Assembly: GCA_041484545.1 (NCBI GenBank) | Contig: JBGPHU010000003.1 | Location: forward strand, 1-37,263 | Direction of reading: 5' to 3' | Length of the DNA: 37,263 nucleotides | Source: Candidatus Eiseniibacteriota bacterium | GTDB taxonomy: Bacteria; Eisenbacteria; RBG-16-71-46; SZUA-252 | Part shown: one piece after another, positions 17,819 through 26,732 of the stretch | How the letters are laid out: every line of letters begins with the position of its first letter | Position numbering within the stretch: position 1 is the stretch's first letter | Translations under genes and position numbers: made by a program | The notes under the pieces: generated by a model | Database searches by the model: none | Told to the model about the DNA's origin: nothing | Seen by the model: only the letters and a program-made list of their open reading frames with translations

Positions 17819-19125
17819 GCGAGACGCGAGCCCTCCAGGCCACGAAGAATAGCGACGCCCTGCACAAGTCGGCGCTCGGCCTCTTTCCCGGCGGCGTGAA
17901 CTCGCCCGTGCGCGCGTTCCGCGCGGTCGGCGGGAATCCCAGGATCATCGTCTCGGCGCGCGGCGCCTATCTCACCGACGCGGACGGAAACGAGCTCCTG
18001 GACTACGTGCTGGGGTGGGGACCGATGCTTCTCGGCCACGGTCGCCCCGAAGTCGTGGGCGCGGTGGAACGGCAGCTCCGGAACGGCACCCTCTTCGGGA
18101 TGACGAACCCGCTCGAGATCGAGCTGGCCGAGCGGGTGCGCCGCTTCTACCCCGCCGCCGACCGGCTGCGCTTCGTCTCCTCGGGCACCGAGGCGACCAT
18201 GGCGGCGATACGGATCGCGCGGGCCGCGACGAAGCGCGACGCGATCGTGAAGCTGGACGGCTGCTACCACGGCCACGCGGATTCCTTCCTCATCCGGGGC
18301 GGCTCAGGCCTCCAGACATTGGGCATTCCCGACTCGGCGGGCGTTCCGGCAGCGGTCGCCGCGGAGACGCGCGTGGCCGGGTTCAACGACCTGGCCTCGG
18401 TGGCCGCGGCGCTCGCGTTTACGCCGGGCGCGGTCGCGGCGGTCATCCTCGAGCCGGTGATCGGAAACATGGGCGTGATCCCGCCGGACCCCGCGTTCCT
18501 CCCCGGTCTGCGCGAACTCTGCGACCGGGCCGGTGTCCTCCTCGTGTTCGACGAGGTGATGACGGGATTCCGCGTCGCGCGAGGGGGCGCGGCCGAGCGT
18601 TATGGCGTCCGCCCCGATCTCGTGACCCTGGGCAAGGTGATCGGGGGCGGGCTGCCGGCGGCGGCCTTCGGAGGCAGGGGCGATCTCATGAGCCTCGTGG
18701 CCCCGGAGGGACCGGTCTACCAGGCCGGGACCTTCGCCGGACACCCGCTGGCCATGGCCGCGGGGGCGGCGACTCTGTCCGTGCTCGAAGACGATACCGC
18801 CCTGTTCCGCCGCGCCGAGGCCCGGACCACCATGCTCGCCGCGGGCCTGCGGGAGATCCTGACCCGGCGTAAGATTTGCGGCGTGGTGAACGCGATCGGC
18901 TCGATGTGGACGCTCTTCTTCGGCGTGGATCGGGTTTCCTCCGCCGACGAAGCCCGCCGCGCCGACACCGCGCTCTACGCCCGGTTCTTCCAATCCATGC
19001 TGGAGCGCGGGGTGTTCCTTCCGCCTTCGGCGTTCGAGAGCGCGTTTCTCTCCGACGCCCACGGCGAGGCGGAGATCGACCGCACGCTCGAGGCGGCGGA
19101 CGAAGCCCTGGAGGGAATGTCATGA
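17815..19125 (+). CDS. hemL: Glutamate-1-semialdehyde 2,1-aminomutase
   Basis: PGGVNSPVRAF, SGTEATM, GCYHGH, FDEVMTGFR, GKVIGGG and YQAGT motifs. Confidence 0.98.
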   Translation: MSETRALQATKNSDALHKSALGLFPGGVNSPVRAFRAVGGNPRIIVSARGAYLTDADGNELLDYVLGWGPMLLGHGRPEVVGAVERQLRNGTLFGMTNPLEIELAERVRRFYPAADRLRFVSSGTEATMAAIRIARAATKRDAIVKLDGCYHGHADSFLIRGGSGLQTLGIPDSAGVPAAVAAETRVAGFNDLASVAAALAFTPGAVAAVILEPVIGNMGVIPPDPAFLPGLRELCDRAGVLLVFDEVMTGFRVARGGAAERYGVRPDLVTLGKVIGGGLPAAAFGGRGDLMSLVAPEGPVYQAGTFAGHPLAMAAGAATLSVLEDDTALFRRAEARTTMLAAGLREILTRRKICGVVNAIGSMWTLFFGVDRVSSADEARRADTALYARFFQSMLERGVFLPPSAFESAFLSDAHGEAEIDRTLEAADEALEGMS

Positions 19126-20180
19126 CCCAGGGCCCCTCGCTCGCGCCCGCCTATTCCTTCCTCCGCGCCTGCCGGAACGAGCCCATCGGCGAGACGCCGA
19201 TCTGGATCATGCGTCAGGCCGGGCGCTACCTTCCCGAGTATCGGGCCGTGCGCGAGAAACATGGGTTCCTCGAGATCTGCCGCACGCCGGAGCTCTGCGC
19301 GGAGGTGACGGCGCAGCCCATCGAGCGGTTCGGGTTCGACGCGGCGATTCTCTTCTCCGACATCCTGATTCCGCTCATCGCCATGGGCGTCCCGATCGAG
19401 TTCGATCCCGGGCCCAAGTTGGGCAAGCGCATCACCCACCGCCGCGAGATTGCGTCACTGGAGTGGCGCGGCGCCGCCTCGCTGCCGCACGTCCGCCCGG
19501 TGATTCGCGCCGCGAAGGAACGTCTTCATGGTCGGGTCCCGCTCATCGGCTTCGCGGGGGCGCCCTTCACCATGGCTTCCTACTTAGTGGACGCGGGCGC
19601 CTCGAAGGACGCCGCGCTCACGCGGAGCTTCCTGGCGCGCGACGAGGCGGGATTCGCGGAGCTGCTGGACGTGCTGGCGGGAGCCACCATCGACTACCTG
19701 AAAGAACAGGTCGCGGCCGGGGTGGACGCGGTGATGCTCTTCGATACCCAGGCGGGCTGGCTTCCGCCGGGCGATTTCGCCCGCACGGCGGCCGCCGCGG
19801 CCGATCGCGTGCTTCGCGCGATCCCGAAATCGACGCCAACGATCTACTTCGCGCTCGCCTCCTCCAACGGCCAGCTCGACGCGATGCGGGCCATCCATTC
19901 CGACGTGATCGGGCTGGACTACCGCGTCTCCCTGAGCCAGGCGCGCGCGATCCTGGGCAGCGGCCGCTGCGTCCAGGGGAACCTCGATCCGGCCGCCCTC
20001 GTCGGCCCGCCCGAGCAGGTGGTGAAGCGCGCGGAGGCGGTCCTGCGCGAGAACGGCGGCCGTCCCGGATTCATCTTCAACCTGGGGCACGGCATCTATC
20101 CCGACACGCCCGTCGAGAACGTCGCGCTCCTCGTGGAGACGCTGAGGCGCCATCGCAATCCGGCGCAGAGGATCCTGTGA
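19122..20180 (+). CDS. hemE: Uroporphyrinogen decarboxylase
   Basis: Start trimmed to ATG 19122 (ATGA overlap). PIWIMRQAGRYLPEY, FSDIL, GFAGAPFT, QGNLDP and NLGHG motifs. Confidence 0.97.
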   Translation: MTQGPSLAPAYSFLRACRNEPIGETPIWIMRQAGRYLPEYRAVREKHGFLEICRTPELCAEVTAQPIERFGFDAAILFSDILIPLIAMGVPIEFDPGPKLGKRITHRREIASLEWRGAASLPHVRPVIRAAKERLHGRVPLIGFAGAPFTMASYLVDAGASKDAALTRSFLARDEAGFAELLDVLAGATIDYLKEQVAAGVDAVMLFDTQAGWLPPGDFARTAAAAADRVLRAIPKSTPTIYFALASSNGQLDAMRAIHSDVIGLDYRVSLSQARAILGSGRCVQGNLDPAALVGPPEQVVKRAEAVLRENGGRPGFIFNLGHGIYPDTPVENVALLVETLRRHRNPAQRIL

Positions 20181-21568
20181 CACGTCCCACCGCGGCCGTC
20201 ACCGCCGATCTCCTGGCGAAGTACGACCGTCCCGGTCCGCGCTACACCTCGTATCCGACCGCGGTCGAGTTCCACGAAGGGTTCACGCCGCAGCGCTACC
20301 AGGAGAAGCTCGACCAGGCCGCGGACGCGAAGGACGAGCCGCTCTCGGCCTACGTCCACCTCCCCTTCTGCCGCGAGCGATGCAGCTTCTGCGGCTGCAA
20401 CGTGATCATCACGCAGAAACCGGGCGTCGCCGGCGCCTACATCGAGGACTTGGAGCGCGAGGTCGCGCTGGTCGCGGAGCGGCTCCGGAAGCGCACCCGG
20501 CTCGTGCAGTACCATTGGGGAGGCGGGACGCCCACGTTCCTCTCCCTCGAAGAGATCGAGCGCGTCTTCCGGGCCTTCGCGGACCGGTTCACGTTCGAGC
20601 CGGGGGCCGAGATCGCGATCGAGGTCGACCCGCGCGTCACCACGCACCGCCAGGCGGAGCTTCTGAAGCGGCTCGGGTTCAATCGGATTTCCATGGGCGT
20701 CCAGGATTTCGACACCGACGTCCAGGAGGCGGTGAACCGCTACCAGACCTTCGAGCAGACGAAGGACCTCCACCTGCACCTCCGCGGGCTGGGCGTCGAA
20801 TCGATCAACTTCGATTTCATCTACGGACTTCCGCACCAGACGCCCGAGTCCTTCCGGAAGACGATCCAGCTCGCGCTCGAGCTTCGCCCGGACCGGGTCG
20901 CGGTCTATTCCTACGCGTTCGTGCCCTGGATCAAGGCGCACCAGAAGGCGATCCACCTCGAGGACCTCCCGGCGCGCGAGGTGAAGCTGGAGCTCTTCGG
21001 CATCGCGCACGAGCTTTTCACGGCGGACGGATACCAGCAGATCGGGATGGACCACTTCGCTCTCGAGAACGACTCGCTCGCCCGCGCGGCCAGGGACCGC
21101 ACTCTGTATCGCAACTTCATGGGGTACACGACGCACCCGGCCCGCGACTCGGTCGGCTTCGGCGTGTCGGCCATCGGGGATCTGGGGGGCGCCTTCGCGC
21201 AGAACACGAAAAAACTGAACCGGTACAAGGACGCCCTGGATTCGGGGCTGCCGCCCATCGAGCGCGGGTTCGAGCGGAGCAAGGACGACGAGATACGCCG
21301 CGACGTGATCCAGAGCCTCATGTGCAACTTCTTCCTCGACGTCCGCGCGGTCGAGCGCGCGCACCGGATCGATTTCGCGTCCTACTTCGCGGAAGCGCTC
21401 CGGGAGCTGGACCTCGGCCCCGCGCGGAACGGATTTCTCACGCGCACGGCCGAGACGATCGAGGTCACGCCGCAGGGCCGCCTCTTCGTCCGGAACGTCT
21501 GCATGGCATTCGACGCCTATCTGAAACGACACGAGGGCGAGAAGCGGCTCTTCTCGCGCACGGTCTGA
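20177..21568 (+). CDS. hemN: Oxygen-independent coproporphyrinogen III oxidase (radical SAM)
   Basis: Start trimmed to GTG 20177 (GTGA overlap). GPRYTSYPTA, HLPFCRERCSFCGC, GGGTP, GMDHF and RNFMGY motifs typical of true HemN. Confidence 0.97.
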   Translation: MTRPTAAVTADLLAKYDRPGPRYTSYPTAVEFHEGFTPQRYQEKLDQAADAKDEPLSAYVHLPFCRERCSFCGCNVIITQKPGVAGAYIEDLEREVALVAERLRKRTRLVQYHWGGGTPTFLSLEEIERVFRAFADRFTFEPGAEIAIEVDPRVTTHRQAELLKRLGFNRISMGVQDFDTDVQEAVNRYQTFEQTKDLHLHLRGLGVESINFDFIYGLPHQTPESFRKTIQLALELRPDRVAVYSYAFVPWIKAHQKAIHLEDLPAREVKLELFGIAHELFTADGYQQIGMDHFALENDSLARAARDRTLYRNFMGYTTHPARDSVGFGVSAIGDLGGAFAQNTKKLNRYKDALDSGLPPIERGFERSKDDEIRRDVIQSLMCNFFLDVRAVERAHRIDFASYFAEALRELDLGPARNGFLTRTAETIEVTPQGRLFVRNVCMAFDAYLKRHEGEKRLFSRTV

Positions 21569-22527
21569 AGACCGGAATCCTGCTCCTCAATCTCGGCGGT
21601 CCGGACACGCTCGGCGCGGTGCGCCCCTTCCTGACCCGGCTGTTCACCGACCGCGAGATCCTCCAGCTTCCCGGCGGCTCCCTGGGCCAGGCCGTGATCG
21701 GACGGGCGATCGCCTGGAAGCGCACGCGCGAGGTGAAGGAGAACTACGCGAGGATCGGCGGCGGCTCTCCCATCGTTCGCTGGACGACGCTCCAGGGGCG
21801 AGGCCTCGTGGAACGGCTCGGGGCTCGCGGCCACGACGTCGCCTTCGCGCTCGCGATGCGCTACTGGGACCCCTCGACGGACGATGCCTTGGACGAGCTG
21901 GAGCGGGCGGGCGTGGACCGGCTTCTCGCACTCACCCTCTATCCCCACTACTCGGTGGCCACCACCGGATCGAGCGTGGCCGAGCTCGAGCGGGTCATGA
22001 AGAGGCGGGGGACGAAGCTTCCGCTGGACCGCATCGACACGTGGTACGACCATCCGGGCTACCTCGACGCGGTCGCGCTCCGCGCGAAGGAAGCGCTCGC
22101 GCGATTCGCCCCCGACGCCCGACCCACGATTCTCGTCAGCGCGCACGGACTGCCCAAGCAGTTCATCGAGGCCGGCGATCCCTACATCGAGCACATCCGG
22201 GTGACCACGGAGGGGGTCCTGCGCCGCCTTCCGGATCTGCCCCACGTCGTGGGCTACCAGAGCCGCGTCGGTCCGGTCGAGTGGATCGGACCGAGCACGG
22301 ACGAAGTGATCCGGGACCTGGCGGCGCGCGGCGTCCTGGACGTGGTCGTGATCCCGATCAGCTTCGTCTCCGATCACGTCGAGACGCTCTACGAGATCGA
22401 CCTCCTCTACGGAGACCGGGCCCGCGCCCTCGGCATCAAGAATTTCAGGCGCTCCGACTCCCTCAACGATTACCCGCCCTTCCTGGACGCGCTCGCGGAC
22501 TTGGTCGAGCCGAAGCTCCGGGCATGA
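21565..22527 (+). CDS. hemH: Ferrochelatase, apparent CTG start
   Basis: KTGILLLNLGGP, IGGGSP, AMRYW, LYPHYS, SAHGLP, QSRVGP.EW and FVSDHVETLYEID motifs. The only plausible start is the CTG overlapping the hemN TGA. Confidence 0.93.
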   Translation: MKTGILLLNLGGPDTLGAVRPFLTRLFTDREILQLPGGSLGQAVIGRAIAWKRTREVKENYARIGGGSPIVRWTTLQGRGLVERLGARGHDVAFALAMRYWDPSTDDALDELERAGVDRLLALTLYPHYSVATTGSSVAELERVMKRRGTKLPLDRIDTWYDHPGYLDAVALRAKEALARFAPDARPTILVSAHGLPKQFIEAGDPYIEHIRVTTEGVLRRLPDLPHVVGYQSRVGPVEWIGPSTDEVIRDLAARGVLDVVVIPISFVSDHVETLYEIDLLYGDRARALGIKNFRRSDSLNDYPPFLDALADLVEPKLRA

Positions 22528-23918
22528 GGGTCGCGATCCTCGGCGCGGGGATCGCGGGTCTCACCCTGGCTCACGCGCTCAGGCGGGAGGCCTCGCGGGG
22601 CGGCCGTCCGCTCGATCTCGAGGTCTTCGAGGCGGGAGCGCGCGCGGGTGGCCGCATCCGCACCACCGAGGCGGACGGATTCCTGATCGAATGGGCCGCC
22701 GACGCGTTCCAGATCGAGTCGGCGCCCGTCCTGTCGCTCCTGGAGGAGCTGGGGCTTCGAGGGGAGCGCGTGGAGGCCGCGGCGAGCGCGGCGCGGCGCT
22801 ACGTCTTCGCGAAGGGCAAGCTGCACCGATTTCCGTCCGGTCCGGGGTCCCTGTTCCGGTTCGGGGCCATTTCCTGGGCGGGCCGCCTGCGGATGCTGGC
22901 GGAGCCACTCGTCGCGGGACGGGTGGCTCGCGAGGAGACGGTGCACCAGCTGGCAGCCCGCCACGTCGGCGAGGAAGCCTCCCGGGTCATGATGGGAGCG
23001 TTCGTGCGGGGCGTCTACGCGGGCGACTCGACGAAGCTCTCGGCCGACGCCGCATTTCCGCGCGTGCGCGAGCTGGAGCGAAAGCATCGATCGCTCGCGG
23101 TGGCGATGGCGAAGGAGGGCCGCGCGAGAGGCGTCGGGAAAGCCGGCGCCCGCCGGGCCGGGATGCAGGCCCTCTGGTCGCTCAGGCGCGGGATGGGCTC
23201 CCTCACCGACCGGCTCGCCGGCTCGCTGGGAACCGCCCTCAGGCTCAGGATGCCGGCGCTCGTGCTGAGCCGCGCTCCCGATTACGCCGCGCCCACACCC
23301 TTCGCCGTGCGCTTCGCGAGCGGGGAGACGCGGAGCTTCGACGCGGTGGTCGTCGCCACGCCGCCGAACGACGCCGCCGCACTCCTTCGCGACCTCGATC
23401 AGGAGGCCGCGAACGCCCTGCGCGACATCCCGAGCGCGGGCGTAGCGGTCGTGGCGCTCGCGATCCGTCTCGAGGCATTCCGCTCCAAGCCCGACGGCTA
23501 CGGGTTCCTGACGGCGCCGGGCGAGGCGCTCGCGGCGCTGGGCGCGCTCTTCGAGTCGAATCTCTTCCCCGGACGCGCGCCCGATGGATTCGCGCTCGTG
23601 CGCGTGTTTCTCGGCGGGGTCGATCGCCCCGAGCTGGTCACGGAGCCCGACGCGAAGCTCATCGGGCTCGCGTGCGAGGCGCTGGACTTAGCCCTGGGCC
23701 TGAAGGGCGGCCCGGAGCGGACGTGGGTGATGCGGCAGGAGAACGCGATCCCCCAGTACACGCTGGGGCACCGCGAGCGGGTCGCGGCGGTCATGAGCCG
23801 GCTCGGTGGGTTTCCGGGCCTCTACGTTGCCGGGAACGCGTACAGGGGGGTGTCGGTGGGCTCGATCGTGGAAGACGCGGACCGCGTGGCGGGCTGGCTC
23901 CTCCACGCGGCGCGATGA
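22524..23918 (+). CDS. hemY: Proto/coproporphyrinogen oxidase, HemY family (FAD)
   Basis: Start trimmed to ATG 22524 (ATGA overlap). ILGAGIAGL, GGRIRT, GVYAGD, GYGFL, FPGRAP, AIPQY..GH and GNAY.GVS motifs. Confidence 0.94.
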   Translation: MRVAILGAGIAGLTLAHALRREASRGGRPLDLEVFEAGARAGGRIRTTEADGFLIEWAADAFQIESAPVLSLLEELGLRGERVEAAASAARRYVFAKGKLHRFPSGPGSLFRFGAISWAGRLRMLAEPLVAGRVAREETVHQLAARHVGEEASRVMMGAFVRGVYAGDSTKLSADAAFPRVRELERKHRSLAVAMAKEGRARGVGKAGARRAGMQALWSLRRGMGSLTDRLAGSLGTALRLRMPALVLSRAPDYAAPTPFAVRFASGETRSFDAVVVATPPNDAAALLRDLDQEAANALRDIPSAGVAVVALAIRLEAFRSKPDGYGFLTAPGEALAALGALFESNLFPGRAPDGFALVRVFLGGVDRPELVTEPDAKLIGLACEALDLALGLKGGPERTWVMRQENAIPQYTLGHRERVAAVMSRLGGFPGLYVAGNAYRGVSVGSIVEDADRVAGWLLHAAR

Positions 23919-23960
23919 CCTAGCCTTCGCCCTGGCGGAGCTCCTCCCCGGGAGCGAGCT

Positions 23961-24323
23961 TCACGCGCCCTCGTACTCGCACCGCGCCTCGCAGGTCTCG
24001 TGCACGGTGATCTTCACCAGCGAAGGAAGCGCGGGTTTCACTCTCTCCCAGACCCACCGGGCGAGATTCTCCGACGTCGCGTTCTCGAGCCCCGGCACTT
24101 CGTTCAGGTAGTAGTGATCGAGCCGGCTCCGGATGGGCTCCACCGCGGAGGCGATCACCCCGTAATCCAGAAACCAGCCGGTTCCCGGATCCACCTCTCC
24201 CTCGACCGTGATCTCGATACGGAAGGAGTGCCCATGGAGTCTCCGGCACTTGTGCCCTTCCGGAGCCCGGGGGAGCAGGTGCGCGGCCTCGAAGGCGAAG
24301 TTCCGGGTCAATCGCACGCGCAC
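23961..24323 (-). CDS. queD: 6-carboxy-5,6,7,8-tetrahydropterin synthase
   Basis: FEAAH, KCRRLHGHS, LDHYYLNE, TSENLA and HET motifs. Confidence 0.95.
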   Translation of the reverse strand: MRVRLTRNFAFEAAHLLPRAPEGHKCRRLHGHSFRIEITVEGEVDPGTGWFLDYGVIASAVEPIRSRLDHYYLNEVPGLENATSENLARWVWERVKPALPSLVKITVHETCEARCEYEGA

Positions 24324-24345
24324 GGGGTCACCTCGGCGGCTCGGT

Positions 24346-25032
24346 TCAATGCATGCCCGCCATCTTGTGGGTCTGGGGAATCATCCGCGCTTCGGGATAG
24401 CGGCCCCAAGGCCACCACTCGAAAATCCGCCGCGCGTCTCCCTTCTCGTGCTCGGGCTGGAGTATGATGACGCCCTTGTACTCCAGCTCATCCAGAATCC
24501 GGATCGCGTCGTCCAGGTCCTCGCGCGTCTGGATCACGAATTTGAACTGGCGCCGCTCCGGAGGAAGCGATAGGTACCGATGGAGCGTGGGCGCCTGTGC
24601 CACGACCGCGTCGCCCTCGAAGGTCTCGGCGCTCCTTCCCTTGGGCGCCACGGTCCAGAAGTCGATCGCGTCGAAAAGCTCTTCGACGACGCGCGCGCCG
24701 CTCGTCTCGATCGAGATCCAATATCCGGCCATCTTGAGCTCCCCGATGAGCCAGAGGAGCTCCGCGCGCGGGGCCACGACCGGCTCTCCGCCGGTGAGGC
24801 AAACTCGGCTCGTGTCGGGAAACGAGGCCACCGTGTTCCGAACGTCTCCGGGCGTCATGACCCGAAACGTGCCGACTCCCGTGTGGGTCAGGGCCTCGGG
24901 CTGGTCGCACCAGACGCAGCGGAGGGGGCAGCCGTAGAAGCGCACGAACGCTGTGCGCTCTCCGACGTGCAAACCCTCCCCTTGCACTGAGAGGAAAATC
25001 TCGTTAATTCTAAAGTCTCGCATCTCTTGCAC
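24346..25032 (-). CDS. queE: 7-carboxy-7-deazaguanine synthase (radical SAM)
   Basis: EIFLSVQGEG, FVRFYGCPLRCVWCD, TGGEP, IETSG and PQTHK motifs. Confidence 0.93.
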   Translation of the reverse strand: MQEMRDFRINEIFLSVQGEGLHVGERTAFVRFYGCPLRCVWCDQPEALTHTGVGTFRVMTPGDVRNTVASFPDTSRVCLTGGEPVVAPRAELLWLIGELKMAGYWISIETSGARVVEELFDAIDFWTVAPKGRSAETFEGDAVVAQAPTLHRYLSLPPERRQFKFVIQTREDLDDAIRILDELEYKGVIILQPEHEKGDARRIFEWWPWGRYPEARMIPQTHKMAGMH

Positions 25033-25118
25033 AGGGCGATGATACAGCTTTCAGGGAATCCAGGTTAGAGTGCGCCGCGAAGGGTCCCGGGCCCGAACCA
25101 GGGCGCGGTTCGAGGGCG

Positions 25119-25147
25119 TTGACTCGAAATACCGCGCTTCGTAGTAT
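25119..25147 (+). promoter_or_regulatory. sigma70-like promoter of the fatty acid hydroxylase gene
   Basis: TTGACT (25119-25124), 17 nt, TAGTAT (25142-25147). Confidence 0.6.
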
Positions 25148-25192
25148 TGTGGAGGCGTTGATTCGGGGAGAGCCCCGACGCCATCAGGGAGC

Positions 25193-25858
25193 ATGGAAGC
25201 CATGGCCAAGACCACCTACGCGAACCTTCCCATCAACCACGGCGAGAAACCGATCCGCCTTTTCAAGTCGGACGCCCTCGAGTTCTTCACGCACATTCAC
25301 CCGGCCGTCGTGCTCCTCTTGTTCGTGCCGGTCGTGGTCTTCTTCCTCGCGCGCGCCACGATGGGGGGCCAGGCGGAGGCGCCGATCGTCCTCGTGCTCG
25401 CGGCCTACGCCGCCGGGATCCTGGTCTGGTCCCTGAGCGAGTACCTGCTTCACCGGTTCGTCTTCCACTACGAGCCGAAGCAGCCGTGGCTCCAGCGGGT
25501 GTGGTACCTGATCCACGGCGTCCATCACGAGCAGCCCCAGTGCAAGACCCGCCTGGTCATGCCCCCGATCCTCAGCATCCCGCTCGCGTTCTTCTTCTAC
25601 GCGCTGTTCTACGTCGTCATGGGCGTGGTCCTCGGGATGCCTCACTTGAACGGTCCGGCCTTCGCGGGCTTTCTCACGGGGTACCTCTGCTACGACATGG
25701 TGCACTACGCGGAGCATCACCTCTCGATGCGCTGGGGCTTCCTGAAATACCTCAAGGTCTATCACCTCAAGCATCACTACAAGAATCCCAACCACGGCTT
25801 CGGTGTCAGCTCCCCCGTCTGGGACGTTGTATTCCGCACGAAGCCGAAAGAGCCCTAA
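25193..25858 (+). CDS. Fatty acid hydroxylase superfamily di-iron enzyme, FA2H/Scs7-like (sphingolipid 2-hydroxylase candidate)
   Basis: Four His boxes EYLLHRFVFH, HGVHHEQP, YDMVHYAEHH and HLKHHY, plus RLVMPP and GFGVSSPVWD. No cytochrome b5 domain. Confidence 0.88.
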   Translation: MEAMAKTTYANLPINHGEKPIRLFKSDALEFFTHIHPAVVLLLFVPVVVFFLARATMGGQAEAPIVLVLAAYAAGILVWSLSEYLLHRFVFHYEPKQPWLQRVWYLIHGVHHEQPQCKTRLVMPPILSIPLAFFFYALFYVVMGVVLGMPHLNGPAFAGFLTGYLCYDMVHYAEHHLSMRWGFLKYLKVYHLKHHYKNPNHGFGVSSPVWDVVFRTKPKEP

Positions 25859-25883
25859 CCGCCCCCAACCCCGTGGCGCCCAC

Positions 25884-25916
25884 CGGGCCCTTCTCGAGGC
25901 GGGCCCGATTTTTTTT
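25884..25916 (+). terminator. Intrinsic terminator after the hydroxylase
   Basis: Stem CGGGCCC (25884-25890) / GGGCCCG (25901-25907) followed by A and a run of 8 T. Confidence 0.8.
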
Positions 25917-25948
25917 CCGCGGACCGAATCGCCCCCTATACTGTCGCC

Positions 25949-26728
25949 GTGGAAGCCTTGGCCGCGGTCGGCAACCGGGTGCGCCGCGTTCTGGAGGTCG
26001 TCCAGGACGTCACGCTGTTCTGCGTCTCGGTGCTCCGCTCCGCCTTCTTTCCTCCCTACTACAAGCACGAGATCGTCGAGCAGATCCACTTCTCGATGAT
26101 CGGCTCCATGTTCATCGTGATGTTCTCCTCGCTCGTCGCCGGGCAGGCGCTGGCGATCCAGCTCGCGCGCGAGCTCGCGAAGACCGGCGCCAAGTCGGAG
26201 CTGGGGCACTTCATGGTCATCTCCTCGGTTCGCGCGCTGGGCCCGGTCCTCACGGGAATCGTGGTGGCTTCGCGCATGTCGGCCGGGATCACGGCGGAGC
26301 TGGGCACCATGAAGTCCAGCGACCAGATCGACGCCCTGGTCGCCTTCGGCACAGACCCCATGAAGCGGCTCGTGGCGCCCCGCATGATCGGTCTCTGGAT
26401 CGCGCTACCGGTGCTGACGATCCTTGGCGACACACTGAGCGTCGTCGGCGGCGGGTTCGTGGGGCTGGGTTACCACATCACGCTTCAGTCCTATTACAAC
26501 GGCGTCGCCAAGTACCTCACGCCGGCGAACCTTCTCGTGGGGATGATCAAGCCCGTCTTCTTCGCAGTGCTCATCACGACGGTGGCCTGCTGGAAGGGTC
26601 TCACGTCGGGCGGAGGCGCCAAGGGAGTGGGCGTGGCCACGACGCAATCGGTCGTGATCTCCTCGGTCGGGATCCTGGTCACCGACTTCATCTGCACCAA
26701 GCTCGTCTTCCGGGTCCTGGGCTGGTAG
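25949..26728 (+). CDS. mlaE: MlaE/YrbE-family ABC permease
   Basis: RALGPVLTG, AELGTMKSSDQIDAL..G.DP..LVAPR and GGAKGVGVATT.SVV motifs. Confidence 0.93.
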   Translation: MEALAAVGNRVRRVLEVVQDVTLFCVSVLRSAFFPPYYKHEIVEQIHFSMIGSMFIVMFSSLVAGQALAIQLARELAKTGAKSELGHFMVISSVRALGPVLTGIVVASRMSAGITAELGTMKSSDQIDALVAFGTDPMKRLVAPRMIGLWIALPVLTILGDTLSVVGGGFVGLGYHITLQSYYNGVAKYLTPANLLVGMIKPVFFAVLITTVACWKGLTSGGGAKGVGVATTQSVVISSVGILVTDFICTKLVFRVLGW

Positions 26729-26732
26729 TCCG

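Noticed and set aside
19463-22523. Apparent N-terminal extensions or fusions of HemN, HemH and HemY in the ORF track
   Set aside because: The extensions are off-frame read-through of the upstream genes; the real starts sit at the stop-start overlaps.
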